Under the pieces are notes generated by a model. It saw nothing but the letters and a program-made list of their open reading frames with translations, searched no databases and was not told the DNA's origin. The position numbers were made by a program, and so were the translations under genes. A DNA stretch of 44,714 nt, taken from NCBI GenBank assembly GCA_012520355.1, contig JAAYOK010000201.1:1-44714 (forward strand), read 5' to 3'. This DNA comes from Bacillota bacterium (lineage in GTDB: Bacteria; Bacillota; Limnochordia; Darwinibacteriales; Darwinibacteriaceae). This document shows positions 35,588 to 44,714 of the stretch, one piece after another. Position 1 is the stretch's first letter, and the number at the start of each line of letters is the position of its first letter.

Positions 35588-36286
35588 ATGATGCAAAGTA
35601 GAGGTTGGAAACTGCGTTTTCCTGTGCTGTTTTTACTCTTTGTCTTGGTCCTGGTCCTGCGCTGGTTCGGGCCAGCAGGGGATCCTACCCCTGGGGCCAA
35701 CCAGTCAGGTGAGGTCGCGGAATCTGCCGCCCGGGATGTACGGATCTATCTTCCGCCCTTGACCAATCTCACGTTTTTTTATCAAGGGGAAGGGAATGAG
35801 TACGCCAGCTTCACCCGGACGATTACCCATGCAAGTCCAGAGGCTCTCCAAATGGAAGATGCTAGTGGGACCAATCTTGCCCAGGTGGTGGAACTTACGC
35901 CAGAACAGCTCCGGATGGTATGGTCTGAAGAGGAGTTCTACGAAGCTGTGAGCCTCTTGCCTGAAGAAACTCGGCAGACACGAGAGTTCGGGCGGGCCTT
36001 AGATTTAATCCTTTTGGCCGCACCCATTGTGGAGGGTCAAAGCTGGACTGATGCACACTACCAACGGGAGATTATTGCCACCGATGAAACGGTGACGGTG
36101 CCTCTTGGCACCTTCTATGAGGTGGTTGTGGTGAAGAGTCGTAGCCTTGAAGCGGAGGATTTTCTCACCTACGAGTATTATGCCAAGAATGTTGGTCTCA
36201 TTAAGCGCGTCAGTGTCTCGGAAGGTGAGGAAGCCTATGCCATTGTATCGAGCCTCGCTCACCTCACGACGCCAGGTGACCTATAG
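35588..36286 (+). CDS. membrane-anchored extracytoplasmic protein of unknown function
   Basis: 232 aa with the N-terminal anchor FPVLFLLFVLVLVLRW. I recognise no motif. It starts 6 nt after the MATE gene, and the hydantoinase-like gene begins 11 to 17 nt after it (GTG 36298 or TTG 36304). Confidence 0.55.
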   Translation: MMQSRGWKLRFPVLFLLFVLVLVLRWFGPAGDPTPGANQSGEVAESAARDVRIYLPPLTNLTFFYQGEGNEYASFTRTITHASPEALQMEDASGTNLAQVVELTPEQLRMVWSEEEFYEAVSLLPEETRQTREFGRALDLILLAAPIVEGQSWTDAHYQREIIATDETVTVPLGTFYEVVVVKSRSLEAEDFLTYEYYAKNVGLIKRVSVSEGEEAYAIVSSLAHLTTPGDL

Positions 36287-36303
36287 TTCAAGGAGGTGTG
36301 GGC

Positions 36304-37986
36304 TTGACAAGTTACATCATAGGAATCGATGTAGGGGGTACGAATACCGATGCCGCTCTACTTTGTGGTGCAGAGGTTGTGGCCTTGCTCAAGGTTCCAA
36401 CTAACCATGCTGATTTACTCCAGAGTACGGGCGAGGCACTGCAAAAGATCCTTGAACACCATCATGGTCCCGAGCCTGTCACCCTCCATCTTTCCACCAC
36501 GCTCCAGACCAATACCATCGTGGAGGGAAAGGGTGCCAAAACAATGGCTGTGGTGGTACCAGGCCCAGGCGTAAATTTGGCTTCTTTGGACTTACCCTTT
36601 CCCTTGATCGAATTGAGTGGCTCGGTGGATCATCGGGGGCGTGAGGTGGCTCCCCTTGACCTCGATCAAGTGCGGCAACTGAAGGACGTGCTCGAGGAGG
36701 TCGAGGCTCTGGCCATTGTAGGCAAATTCTCCCAGAGGAACCCCTGCCAAGAAGTGACGCTAGCTAGCGAACTTTCTCCTTGGTTCAAGGGCCATCTGAG
36801 TCTGGGTCATCGCCTGTCTGGTCGCGCCAATTTTCCGAGACGAATCATTACAGCCTGCTTAAATGCTAGCATCGCCCAGAAACAGCTGGAATTCCTCCAA
36901 ATCTGGGAGGAAGCCCAAGAAACTTCGGTAGAGAAGATTGCCATCCTGAAAGCAGATGGAGGTACCATGACCCTGGCAGAATCTGCCCAGCGGCCGGTGG
37001 AATCCATTTTATCGGGTCCTGCCGCGAGTATTATGGGAGTGAAGGCCTTAAGTCAGTGCGCGGCCCAGAACTATGTCATCATCGATATTGGCGGGACAAC
37101 CACTGACTTGGCGGCGGTTGTGGCAGGTGAAGTCCTTTATGAGCGGGATGGTGCCACCATCGGGGGTTACAAAACGTTGGTACCCGCGGTCTTGGCCCGT
37201 TCCATCGGTTTGGGCGGAGACAGCGAGTTAGCCTATGAGCCAGAACGAGGCATCACAATCGGACCACGGCGGGCTGGAACTCCCGTATGTCTAGGTGGTG
37301 ACGCCTTAACCCCCACCGATGCGGTGGTAGCCCAGGGTTTGGTTGAATTAGGCTCCAAAGAAAAGGCCCAAGTGGCCTGGGCAGCCTGGGCTAAAGGTTT
37401 AGACATCAGCCCAGAACACTTGATTCAGTCCGTACTCCATGCTTTTACTCAGAGCCTCTGTGAGGCCGTGGAGGCCTTCTACCAAGAGCTTGAAGCCATA
37501 CCCCTTTATACGGTGGAGGAGGTCATGCATCCACCTAGGCTGAGGCCCGATGCAGTCGTAGGTTTAGGGGCTCCAGCAGGGGTTTTTCTGCCACCCCTGG
37601 CAAGCGCCTTACAGCTTCCCTGGGAGGTTCTTCCCTTGAGCGCCGGCGCCAATGCCATTGGGGCTGCGGCCGCGAGGAGCACCGTAGGCGTTACACTGCA
37701 CGCCGATACGGAACTTGGTACCATTACCATTCCGGAAATGGGCTACCAAGGCAGCATGGAGCGTAATCTGTTTTTTGATCTGCCCAAAGCTCGGCAGTTA
37801 GGGGAAGAAAAGACCCGGGAATATGCACGCTCCCTGGGCCATGATGCCACAGGTGAGGTTGAGATCGTAGAAGAAGAGAGCTTTCGGATGGTCCGGGGTT
37901 TTCGTACCGTTGGCCAAAGGCATCTGGTACGCACCCAACTTCGGCCAGACGTTCGCCAGATCCGCGTCGGGAGGGAGCAGATGTGA
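36304..37986 (+). CDS. hydantoinase/oxoprolinase (HyuA-type, ASKHA fold) family protein, short form
   Basis: YIIGIDVGGTNTDAALL (N-terminal phosphate-1 motif) and a second ATPase motif IIDIGGTTTDLA. TTG 36304 lies 7 nt after AAGGAGG. The track uses GTG 36298. Confidence 0.7.
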   Translation: MTSYIIGIDVGGTNTDAALLCGAEVVALLKVPTNHADLLQSTGEALQKILEHHHGPEPVTLHLSTTLQTNTIVEGKGAKTMAVVVPGPGVNLASLDLPFPLIELSGSVDHRGREVAPLDLDQVRQLKDVLEEVEALAIVGKFSQRNPCQEVTLASELSPWFKGHLSLGHRLSGRANFPRRIITACLNASIAQKQLEFLQIWEEAQETSVEKIAILKADGGTMTLAESAQRPVESILSGPAASIMGVKALSQCAAQNYVIIDIGGTTTDLAAVVAGEVLYERDGATIGGYKTLVPAVLARSIGLGGDSELAYEPERGITIGPRRAGTPVCLGGDALTPTDAVVAQGLVELGSKEKAQVAWAAWAKGLDISPEHLIQSVLHAFTQSLCEAVEAFYQELEAIPLYTVEEVMHPPRLRPDAVVGLGAPAGVFLPPLASALQLPWEVLPLSAGANAIGAAAARSTVGVTLHADTELGTITIPEMGYQGSMERNLFFDLPKARQLGEEKTREYARSLGHDATGEVEIVEEESFRMVRGFRTVGQRHLVRTQLRPDVRQIRVGREQM

Positions 37987-39302
37987 CCAAGGTAGGTCTA
38001 GTGTTTTTCCCAGCCTTTGACTGGGCCATTAGTCCGGATCACCCTGAACGTCAAGAACGCCTCCTTTATACTCGGGACCAGATTCAGGAGGAGGGCCTCT
38101 TTGATCAACCCTCCATCAGGGAATATCGTCCCCGCTTGGCCACAGATGAAGAGATCGTTCGGACCCATGTGGTCCTACCCAGTTTGGAACAGAGAGTGAC
38201 AGAGTCGCACCGCATCGCGGCTGGAGGAACCATTGTTGCCGCTGATCTTGTGATTGATGGCTTGGCAGAACGTGCCTTTGCCCTCCTCAGGCCACCGGGA
38301 CATCACGCCGGGCGCATTGTCCATGGTGCCCGGGGATTTTGTCTCCTCAACAATGAGGCAATCATGGTGGATCATCTCCGCAGTCGCCTTGGTCCAGACT
38401 TGAAGGTGGCCATTGTGGATACAGATGCCCATCATGCCGATGGCACACAAGACATTTTCTACAATGATCCTGGCATCTTACATATCTCCTTGCACCAAGA
38501 TGGGCGCACCCTCTATCCTGGAACCGGTTTCATTTCGGAACGGGGAGGTCCTGGTGCCTATGGTCAGACGGTGAATATTCCCTTGCCCCCAGGTACTGGA
38601 GATGAAGGTATGCTCATGGCTCTGGAGAGGGTTGTCCTACCTATTTTGCAGGATTGGCAGCCCGACTACATCATTAATGCTGCAGGGCAAGACAATCACT
38701 TTTCTGATCCCATCACCAATATGAATTTTTCGGCCCAAGGCTATGCCCAGCTCACGGAGCTCTTAAGCCCGGATTTGGTCGTCTTGGAAGGGGGCTACTC
38801 CATCGAGGGTGCCCTACCCTATATCAATGTTGGTCTACTCTTGGCCTTGGCGGGACTTGATTATTCTAAGGTGCAAGAACCCCTTCCCCGAGGCGAAGGG
38901 GGGAGACAGTCCAAGAAGATTACGGCGGAGGTTGCCAGGGTTTGCCAAGAGATAATGGAACTTTGGGAGCAAAGATCCAGTGTAGATCGGCGCCAAATCT
39001 TTGGTACGGGTCGCTTCTTTGAGCGCCAAAGCCAGATCTATTATGATACAGATAATATCTACGAGCACCAGCAAGAATTGATCCGTCTGTGTCCCAGTTG
39101 TGCGGGCTGGCGGGTCATTTCCACGAGTTCCACAAGGAGTCGGGGGCTTGTAGCCGCGATCCTGTTACCGTGGCAGCCATGCCCTAGTTGTCAAGGGGAA
39201 GCCAGGGATCAAGAGACGCGACTTCTGGCAGAGGGCAGCTTTGAGCAGGTTGTTTGGCAGAGTCCTTCAGAGATCGGGGTAACTGGAGGAAAGAGCCAAT
39301 AG
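37983..39302 (+). CDS. histone deacetylase-family (class II HDAC / acetylpolyamine-amidohydrolase-like) enzyme with C-terminal Cys4 zinc ribbon
   Basis: RPPGHHAG, DTDAHHADGTQD and LEGGYS catalytic motifs. The C-terminal extension carries CPSC...CPSC. GTG 37983 overlaps the upstream stop (ATGTGA). Confidence 0.8.
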   Translation: MTKVGLVFFPAFDWAISPDHPERQERLLYTRDQIQEEGLFDQPSIREYRPRLATDEEIVRTHVVLPSLEQRVTESHRIAAGGTIVAADLVIDGLAERAFALLRPPGHHAGRIVHGARGFCLLNNEAIMVDHLRSRLGPDLKVAIVDTDAHHADGTQDIFYNDPGILHISLHQDGRTLYPGTGFISERGGPGAYGQTVNIPLPPGTGDEGMLMALERVVLPILQDWQPDYIINAAGQDNHFSDPITNMNFSAQGYAQLTELLSPDLVVLEGGYSIEGALPYINVGLLLALAGLDYSKVQEPLPRGEGGRQSKKITAEVARVCQEIMELWEQRSSVDRRQIFGTGRFFERQSQIYYDTDNIYEHQQELIRLCPSCAGWRVISTSSTRSRGLVAAILLPWQPCPSCQGEARDQETRLLAEGSFEQVVWQSPSEIGVTGGKSQ

Positions 39303-39366
39303 TTGACAGGATTTCGAAAACTTGTGACGAATGTAACTTGGATGAGTTAAAAGGGTGGGGGATGGC

Positions 39367-41301
39367 ATGAAGTATTGGAAACGATCTTGGTTTTTTCTGT
39401 TATTTGACATTTTAGCTGTAAACGTAGCTTTTATTGGGGCCTTTTTACTCCGTTTTGAGAGTGTTTCGTCCCAGCAATGGCAGTTTTATCTCTCTGTGTT
39501 CATACCGTATACCATCATTCGGATCCTGAGCCATTACTTCTTTGGAATCTATAGGCGGGCCTGGCGTTATGCATCCATTGATGAGGTTTTGGCCATCGTC
39601 GGAACCGTTTCTGTGGGCTCTGTGATCGCTTTTATGCTGAGTTTTATGTGGTTTGGTACCCTTCCTCCCCGGAGCATTATTGCTCTGGATTGGTTTCTAA
39701 ACATTGCTATCTTGGGAGGAAGTCGTTTCGCTTGGAGGCTGGTTGCTCGTCACACCAATGGTCACCTCCCGGTGACACAGCCCGTCGATGCCAAAAACGT
39801 TCTAATTATTGGTGCCGGTGATGGCGGTGTCTTGGTAGCACGGGAACTTCGGAACCATTACGCTGGCCGGGTACGGCTGGTTGGTTTTGTTGATGATGAC
39901 TTGGCCAAGCAAAACCAGAGAATCCTCGGTTTTCCGGTTTTGGGGACGAAGGAGCAGATTCCTGATCTTGTGGAGAAGTATGGGGTGGGTGAGATCATTA
40001 TCTCCATGCCCTCTGTACCCCGTAATGTCATTCGGGAGATTGTTGCCATTACGCAAGAAACTGGGAAGACGGTCAAGATTCTTCCAGGTGTCTTTGATCT
40101 CATTGAAGGCAATGTGACGGTGAATAAGATTCGCGAAGTCCAGATTGAAGACCTTTTGGGTAGAGACCCAGTCAAGGTGGACATTGCGGGCATGAGCAGT
40201 TACATTACAGATCATGTGGTTTTGGTGACAGGTGCTGGTGGTTCCATTGGTTCTGAGCTCTGTCGGCAAATTGTAGCCCTCAAGCCTCGGACCTTGCTCC
40301 TTTTGGATAATTGCGAAAACAATATGTATGATATCGAAATGGAGCTCAAAACCACAAGTGAGGTCCCACTGGTGGCCTTAGTGAAGGATATCCGGGATCG
40401 CAAAGCCATTGAAGCTGTTTTTGCGCGGTACAAGCCTCAAGTGGTCTTTCATGCCGCAGCCCATAAGCATGTGCCTTTGATGGAGCAAAATCCGGAAGAA
40501 TCCATTAAGAATAATGTCTTCGGTACATATCAAGTGGCCTCAGCTGCCCATAGACATGGTGCGGATCGCTTTGTTCTTGTTTCTACCGATAAAGCGGTCA
40601 ATCCCACCAGTATCATGGGGGCATCGAAGCGGATTGCAGAGATGATCATTCAACATCTTGATACCATCAGCTCCACCACCTATGTGGCGGTCCGTTTTGG
40701 TAATGTCCTGGGAAGTAGAGGTAGCGTCATTCCCCTTTTCCGTAAGCAGATTTTAAATGGGGGACCTGTAACCATCACCCATGAGAAGATGATTCGCTAT
40801 TTTATGACCATACCCGAGGCTGTTCAGTTGATTTTGCAGGCCGGTGCCCTGGCCTCCCGGGGAGAGATTTTTGTTTTGGACATGGGCGAGCCGGTCTCCA
40901 TTATGGACCTGGCCACCACTTTGATTCGCCTCTCTGGTCTGCAGCCCTACGTGGACATTGATATTAGGGTGACGGGTATGAGACCAGGGGAGAAACTCTT
41001 TGAAGAACTTCTCACGGACGAAGAGGGTGTCAATGCAACGACCCACCAGAGGATCTTTGTGGCCAAGCCATCTTGCCTCGATACAGCCCTTCTAGAGGGA
41101 ACTATCAAGGCCTTCGAGCAAAATCCCAGCTTGGTTTTACCCACGAATCAGGAAACCACCACCCGCTTTATTCAAGGCTTTTTACCCGACTTTGTGGTGG
41201 TCACCAATGAAGCAGATGATGGTAAGGACAAGCTAACGAGAGATACGGTGGATCAAGTGGCAGCGACAAGTAGTTTGGGGGAAACGGTATGGAACAATTA
41301 A
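39367..41301 (+). CDS. membrane-bound polysaccharide biosynthesis protein, CapD/PglF/WbpM-type nucleotide-sugar 4,6-dehydratase
   Basis: Four N-terminal TM helices, two Rossmann motifs (IIGAGDGG and VTGAGGSIGSEL), and the SDR catalytic region STDKAVNPTSIMGASKR. Confidence 0.85.
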   Translation: MKYWKRSWFFLLFDILAVNVAFIGAFLLRFESVSSQQWQFYLSVFIPYTIIRILSHYFFGIYRRAWRYASIDEVLAIVGTVSVGSVIAFMLSFMWFGTLPPRSIIALDWFLNIAILGGSRFAWRLVARHTNGHLPVTQPVDAKNVLIIGAGDGGVLVARELRNHYAGRVRLVGFVDDDLAKQNQRILGFPVLGTKEQIPDLVEKYGVGEIIISMPSVPRNVIREIVAITQETGKTVKILPGVFDLIEGNVTVNKIREVQIEDLLGRDPVKVDIAGMSSYITDHVVLVTGAGGSIGSELCRQIVALKPRTLLLLDNCENNMYDIEMELKTTSEVPLVALVKDIRDRKAIEAVFARYKPQVVFHAAAHKHVPLMEQNPEESIKNNVFGTYQVASAAHRHGADRFVLVSTDKAVNPTSIMGASKRIAEMIIQHLDTISSTTYVAVRFGNVLGSRGSVIPLFRKQILNGGPVTITHEKMIRYFMTIPEAVQLILQAGALASRGEIFVLDMGEPVSIMDLATTLIRLSGLQPYVDIDIRVTGMRPGEKLFEELLTDEEGVNATTHQRIFVAKPSCLDTALLEGTIKAFEQNPSLVLPTNQETTTRFIQGFLPDFVVVTNEADDGKDKLTRDTVDQVAATSSLGETVWNN

Positions 41302-42407
41302 GGAAGATCATTGAGCACTTTGACTTTGTAGGCCAGTATCAAGGGGCCGAAGAGTGTGTGACGGGGCATATTAATGATACGTTTATCCTCCGGTATCAGT
41401 TCGAGGGAGGCCCTAGGCGCTATGTCCTCCAGAGAATCAATCAGCATGTGTTCCACCATCCCCCTGAGGTGATGCAAAACATCGGGGCTGTCACAGAGCA
41501 TCTCCGTGCCAAGATTCTGGCCCGGGGGGGAGAGCCCAGGCGAGAGGCTCTCCGGGTGATTCCCACGCAAGATGGCAAGCTTTTCTTCCATAGTCAGGAG
41601 GATGAGTATTGGCGGGCCTATGACTATATTGAAGGGGCCCGTAACTACGAACAGGTAGAAAACCCCCTTCATTTTTATCACGCAGGCCGTGCCTTTGGTC
41701 AGTTCCAGTACTTACTGAGCGACTTTCCCGCTGAATCTCTCTTTGAGACCATTGAACGTTTTCATGATACACCAAAACGCTTGGCTGATTTACTCCAGGT
41801 GATCAAGGCAGATCCCCTAGGGCGAGTGAGTTTGGTTTCAAGGGAAATTGACTTTATCCTAGAGCGGAGCGCTGACACCGCGATCATCGTCGATTTGATG
41901 GAAGCAGGAGATATTCCTCTCCGGGTTATACATAATGATACCAAGTTCAATAATATTATGATCGATGATGTTACCGGCGAGGGAATCTGCGTCTTAGATC
42001 TGGATACGGTGATGCCAGGTTCGGCCCTCTATGACTTTGGCGATTGCATTCGCTTTGGGGCTAGTACCGCCAAGGAGGATGAGCCAAATCTGAATCTTGT
42101 TTCCCTTGATTTGGAGCTCTTTAGGGAGTTTACCCGGGGCTATTTGGAAATGGCTCGGGAGTTTTTGAATCCTGTGGAACTTGAACATCTGGCCTTTTCT
42201 GCCAAGCTCCTGACCTTGGAAACGGGGATTCGCTTCTTAACCGATTATCTGGATGGGGATCACTATTTCCGCATCGATCATCCCCAGCACAATTTAGACC
42301 GAGCCCGCACGCAGCTCAAATTAGTTGCGGAGATGGAAGCTCAAATGTCGGTGATGGAAGGGATTGTCCAGGAGATCCTCACAGGTGATCTCAAAGAGGG
42401 TGCCTAA
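41289..42407 (+). CDS. APH-fold phosphotransferase, N-acetylhexosamine 1-kinase (NahK)-like
   Basis: GHINDTFIL...YVLQRINQHVF and the catalytic IHNDTKFNNIM...LDLDT resemble NahK/LnpB-type anomeric sugar kinases. It overlaps the CapD-like gene by 13 nt. Confidence 0.65.
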   Translation: MEQLRKIIEHFDFVGQYQGAEECVTGHINDTFILRYQFEGGPRRYVLQRINQHVFHHPPEVMQNIGAVTEHLRAKILARGGEPRREALRVIPTQDGKLFFHSQEDEYWRAYDYIEGARNYEQVENPLHFYHAGRAFGQFQYLLSDFPAESLFETIERFHDTPKRLADLLQVIKADPLGRVSLVSREIDFILERSADTAIIVDLMEAGDIPLRVIHNDTKFNNIMIDDVTGEGICVLDLDTVMPGSALYDFGDCIRFGASTAKEDEPNLNLVSLDLELFREFTRGYLEMAREFLNPVELEHLAFSAKLLTLETGIRFLTDYLDGDHYFRIDHPQHNLDRARTQLKLVAEMEAQMSVMEGIVQEILTGDLKEGA

Positions 42408-42408
42408 G

Positions 42409-43332
42409 ATGGGTAAAAGTATGAAGCTACTCATCCTGGTAGCTACCTTTGTGGTAGTCACGGGATCGCTTGTGATTATGGCCTTTCTGCCCTATTTGGC
42501 CACAGGTAGTGTCATTAATCGCCATATTGACTTTACCCAGGTCTACGATCCCGGCGATTGGGGCTTAGACGCAGTACCCCTTTCCCTCAAGACCCAAGAT
42601 GGGTATACTCTAGCCGCTTGGGATTTAGCCATCCCGGAACCTCGGGCCGTGTTGATCTTCTTTGGGGGACTAACAGACCCTCCCGTGAGTGCCTTCTGGG
42701 GTCATGCGAAAGTTCTCGCTGAACATGGCTACGGATCCCTTTTGATCGAACTTCGGAGCCATGGGGCAAGCTCGGGTAACCAGGTCTATCTAGGTTATGC
42801 CGAACATTTCGATCTTCTGGCGGGACTGGACTATGTCAAGAGTCAGTATCCGAACTCTCCCGTCGTTGTCTTCGGCGCCGATCTAGGTGGAGTTGTTGCC
42901 ATTAACGCAGCTGGTTTATATCCAGATGTGGCAGGTCTGATAAGTATTGGGGCTTTTTCTTCCTGGGCCGACTTGTTCACCGATAATCTCTATTTCAGCG
43001 GTACTCCCCTAGCCTTTGCCCTGCTGGAAAAACCCTTTGTCAATCTCTATCTCGCTGGGAAGTTTGGCCTGGCCAGCCGTTCCCTGACTCCCAAAAAGCA
43101 GATGGCTAATCTAGGAGACAGACCTGCTTTGCTCATGCATGGGGAAGGAGACTCTTTGGTCTCGCTTCTCAATCTAGAGCGGCTCTTAGCCCATCTTCCA
43201 GCCCAGGGTAGTCAGGTGGAGACCTGGATTCGGCCAGGTGAGGAACATTTAGTTACCACAGATTTTCTTCAGCCGGACAACGATCCGGAATACATAGGGC
43301 GGATCCTTGATTTTCTGGATCGCCACTTCTAA
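42409..43332 (+). CDS. membrane-anchored alpha/beta hydrolase
   Basis: N-terminal TM LLILVATFVVVTGSLVIMAF, an alpha/beta fold with nucleophile-elbow-like GADLGG, and a C-terminal HGEGD...EH region. The ATG is 1 nt after the upstream stop. Confidence 0.65.
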   Translation: MGKSMKLLILVATFVVVTGSLVIMAFLPYLATGSVINRHIDFTQVYDPGDWGLDAVPLSLKTQDGYTLAAWDLAIPEPRAVLIFFGGLTDPPVSAFWGHAKVLAEHGYGSLLIELRSHGASSGNQVYLGYAEHFDLLAGLDYVKSQYPNSPVVVFGADLGGVVAINAAGLYPDVAGLISIGAFSSWADLFTDNLYFSGTPLAFALLEKPFVNLYLAGKFGLASRSLTPKKQMANLGDRPALLMHGEGDSLVSLLNLERLLAHLPAQGSQVETWIRPGEEHLVTTDFLQPDNDPEYIGRILDFLDRHF

Positions 43333-43353
43333 TCCTCAGATGGGAGTTGTGCC

Positions 43354-44247
43354 ATGATTCGAGCAGCTGTGATTGGTTATGGAAATATTGGAAGGTATGC
43401 GGTTCGGGCTATCCAAAAGGCCCCTGATTTTACCTTGGCCGGTGTAGTTCGCCGCCAGGTGAGTGAAATACCCCTGGAGTTACGTGACGTCCCGGTTGTA
43501 AGCGATCTGCCGGAACTAGGTCCGGTGGATGTGGCGCTCCTTTGCGCTCCAACCCGCAGTGTACCTGAGCTCGCCAAAAAAATCATCGCTCAGGGAATCA
43601 ACACCGTGGATAGTTTCGATATCCACGGGGAGCCTCTACTTGAGTACCGGAGGGAACTGGGCGCGGTAGCGAAGCAGTCTGGAGCCGCTGCGGTGATTTC
43701 CGCTGGCTGGGATCCAGGGAGCGATTCCTTGATTCGTGCTTTGCTAGAAGTAATGGCCCCCCAGGGAATCACATTTACGAATTTCGGACCAGGGATGAGC
43801 ATGGGTCATTCGGTGGCGGTCAAGGCTATTCCTGGCGTCAAGGATGCTCTTTCCATGACTATGCCAGCAGGATCTGGCGTCCACCGGCGCCTTGTCTATG
43901 TGGAACTCAGTCCTGAAGCAGACTTTGCCCAAGTGGAGGCGTTAATTCGGGAAGATGCCTATTTCAAGCATGACGAGACCCATGTCTATCAAGTGGACTC
44001 CATCGCTAATTTGAAGGATGTGGGTCACGGGGTGATTATTGAACGCAGGGGTACGTCTGGCGAGACGGCGAACCAGAGTTTTACGTGGGAGATGCGGATT
44101 AACAATCCAGCCCTCACAGCTCAGGTTATGGTTGCGGCGGCTCGGGCCAGTACCAAGCAAAAGCCTGGTTGCTACACACTTTTAGAGATTCCGTTAGTAG
44201 ATTATTTTTCCGGAGATTGTGATGAATTGATACGGCGTTTGGTTTGA
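43354..44247 (+). CDS. ddh: meso-diaminopimelate D-dehydrogenase
   Basis: [27 protein letters not shown] and the overall co-linearity with Corynebacterium Ddh, down to the C-terminal LIRRLV-type tail. Confidence 0.85.
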   Translation: MIRAAVIGYGNIGRYAVRAIQKAPDFTLAGVVRRQVSEIPLELRDVPVVSDLPELGPVDVALLCAPTRSVPELAKKIIAQGINTVDSFDIHGEPLLEYRRELGAVAKQSGAAAVISAGWDPGSDSLIRALLEVMAPQGITFTNFGPGMSMGHSVAVKAIPGVKDALSMTMPAGSGVHRRLVYVELSPEADFAQVEALIREDAYFKHDETHVYQVDSIANLKDVGHGVIIERRGTSGETANQSFTWEMRINNPALTAQVMVAAARASTKQKPGCYTLLEIPLVDYFSGDCDELIRRLV

Positions 44248-44263
44248 GACGAAACGAAAGGCG

Positions 44264-44311
44264 AAAGAACCTAGGAGTCTTTTTGCGGAAAGACGCCTAA
44301 GGTTCTTTTTT
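44264..44311 (+). terminator. intrinsic terminator after ddh
   Basis: Long imperfect hairpin AAAGAACCTAGGaGTCTTT/AAAGACgcCTAAGGTTCTTT followed by TTTTTT. Confidence 0.75.
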
Positions 44312-44418
44312 ATTCGGTTTTCGTGTTTAAAAAGTGTTAATTTCCCGATAACCACGAAAGGGATTTCGTAATCCTTTGCGAATAGTACTCGTATAATATC
44401 AAGGACGGAGGATGGTCG

Positions 44419-44714
44419 ATGAAATACGCTGGTTTAACTGTAGGAGTACCTAAGGAGATTCTAGCCGGTGAGCGGCGAGTCTCAGCAACACCTGAGACGG
44501 TGGAACAGTTTGTGAAAGCAGGAGCAAAAGTTTTGGTGGAAAGAGGAGCAGGCTTAGGAGCCTTCTTTAGTGATGAGGCTTATCAAGCAGCTGGTGCCAC
44601 TCTTTGTACCGTAAAAGAAGTTTTTGCTGGTGCTGACCTGATCCTTAAGGTAAAGGAACCACAGTTTAATGAAGAACTAGGTGTCCACGAAGTTGATCTG
44701 ATGCGTGCTGGGCA
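44419..44714 (+). CDS. pntA: NAD(P) transhydrogenase subunit alpha (N-terminal part; runs off the window)
   Basis: MKYAGLTVGVPKEILAGERRVSATPETVEQFVKAGAKVLVERGAG aligns with the PntA/alanine-dehydrogenase-fold N-terminus (E. coli PntA: IGIPRERLTNETRVAATPKTVEQLLKLGF). GGAGG RBS. No stop codon before the window ends. Confidence 0.7.
   Translation, partial: MKYAGLTVGVPKEILAGERRVSATPETVEQFVKAGAKVLVERGAGLGAFFSDEAYQAAGATLCTVKEVFAGADLILKVKEPQFNEELGVHEVDLMRAG

Overview
This is a 44.7-kb chromosomal window of roughly 50% GC. It looks like an endospore-forming Firmicute of the Clostridia type: it has an alpha/beta-type SASP gene with a sigma-G-like promoter, a CD3324-family HTH gene, and strong AGGAGG-type ribosome-binding sites (RBS). 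I support 43 protein-coding genes, one of them partial at the 3' edge.

In order, these are: a serine-biosynthesis cluster (DUF1015, short SerA, SerC); a COG2403 P-loop protein plus ornithine aminotransferase; an EamA transporter; an orphan GlnQ-type ABC ATPase followed by a GH13 alpha-glucosidase and a GPH symporter; an HD-only (p)ppGpp-hydrolase-like protein; hybrid-cluster protein Hcp; exonuclease III; a two-gene module of unknown function; GalE; a signalling cluster (MCP, CD3324-like HTH, GGDEF cyclase); a stress cluster (heptad-repeat protein, DUF1858, Hsp20); prolyl oligopeptidase; a PFK-family kinase; an ArsC/Spx-like gene; an Fe(III)-type ABC transporter; hydrolases; a thioredoxin-like protein; MsrB; LacI; a lipoprotein; a SASP; a MATE exporter followed by a hydantoinase-like/HDAC-like pair; and an envelope-related cluster (CapD-like dehydratase, NahK-like kinase, hydrolase, Ddh), then pntA.

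I found no rRNA, tRNA, CRISPR array, transposase, phage gene or recognisable defence system.

The most notable observations are:
- The ArsC/Spx-family gene has an in-frame TGA exactly at the catalytic-Cys position, followed by a SECIS-like hairpin (candidate UxxC selenoprotein). The ORF track truncates this gene.
- msrB is interrupted by a Trp-to-amber codon.
- A hydantoinase-like ATPase is translationally coupled to an HDAC-like amidohydrolase that carries a C-terminal zinc ribbon.
- CtsR-type heptad arrays lie in front of hsp20.
- A structured leader containing a small upstream ORF (uORF) precedes the CD3324-like gene.

All functional calls come from motif recognition by eye. No database search was run.
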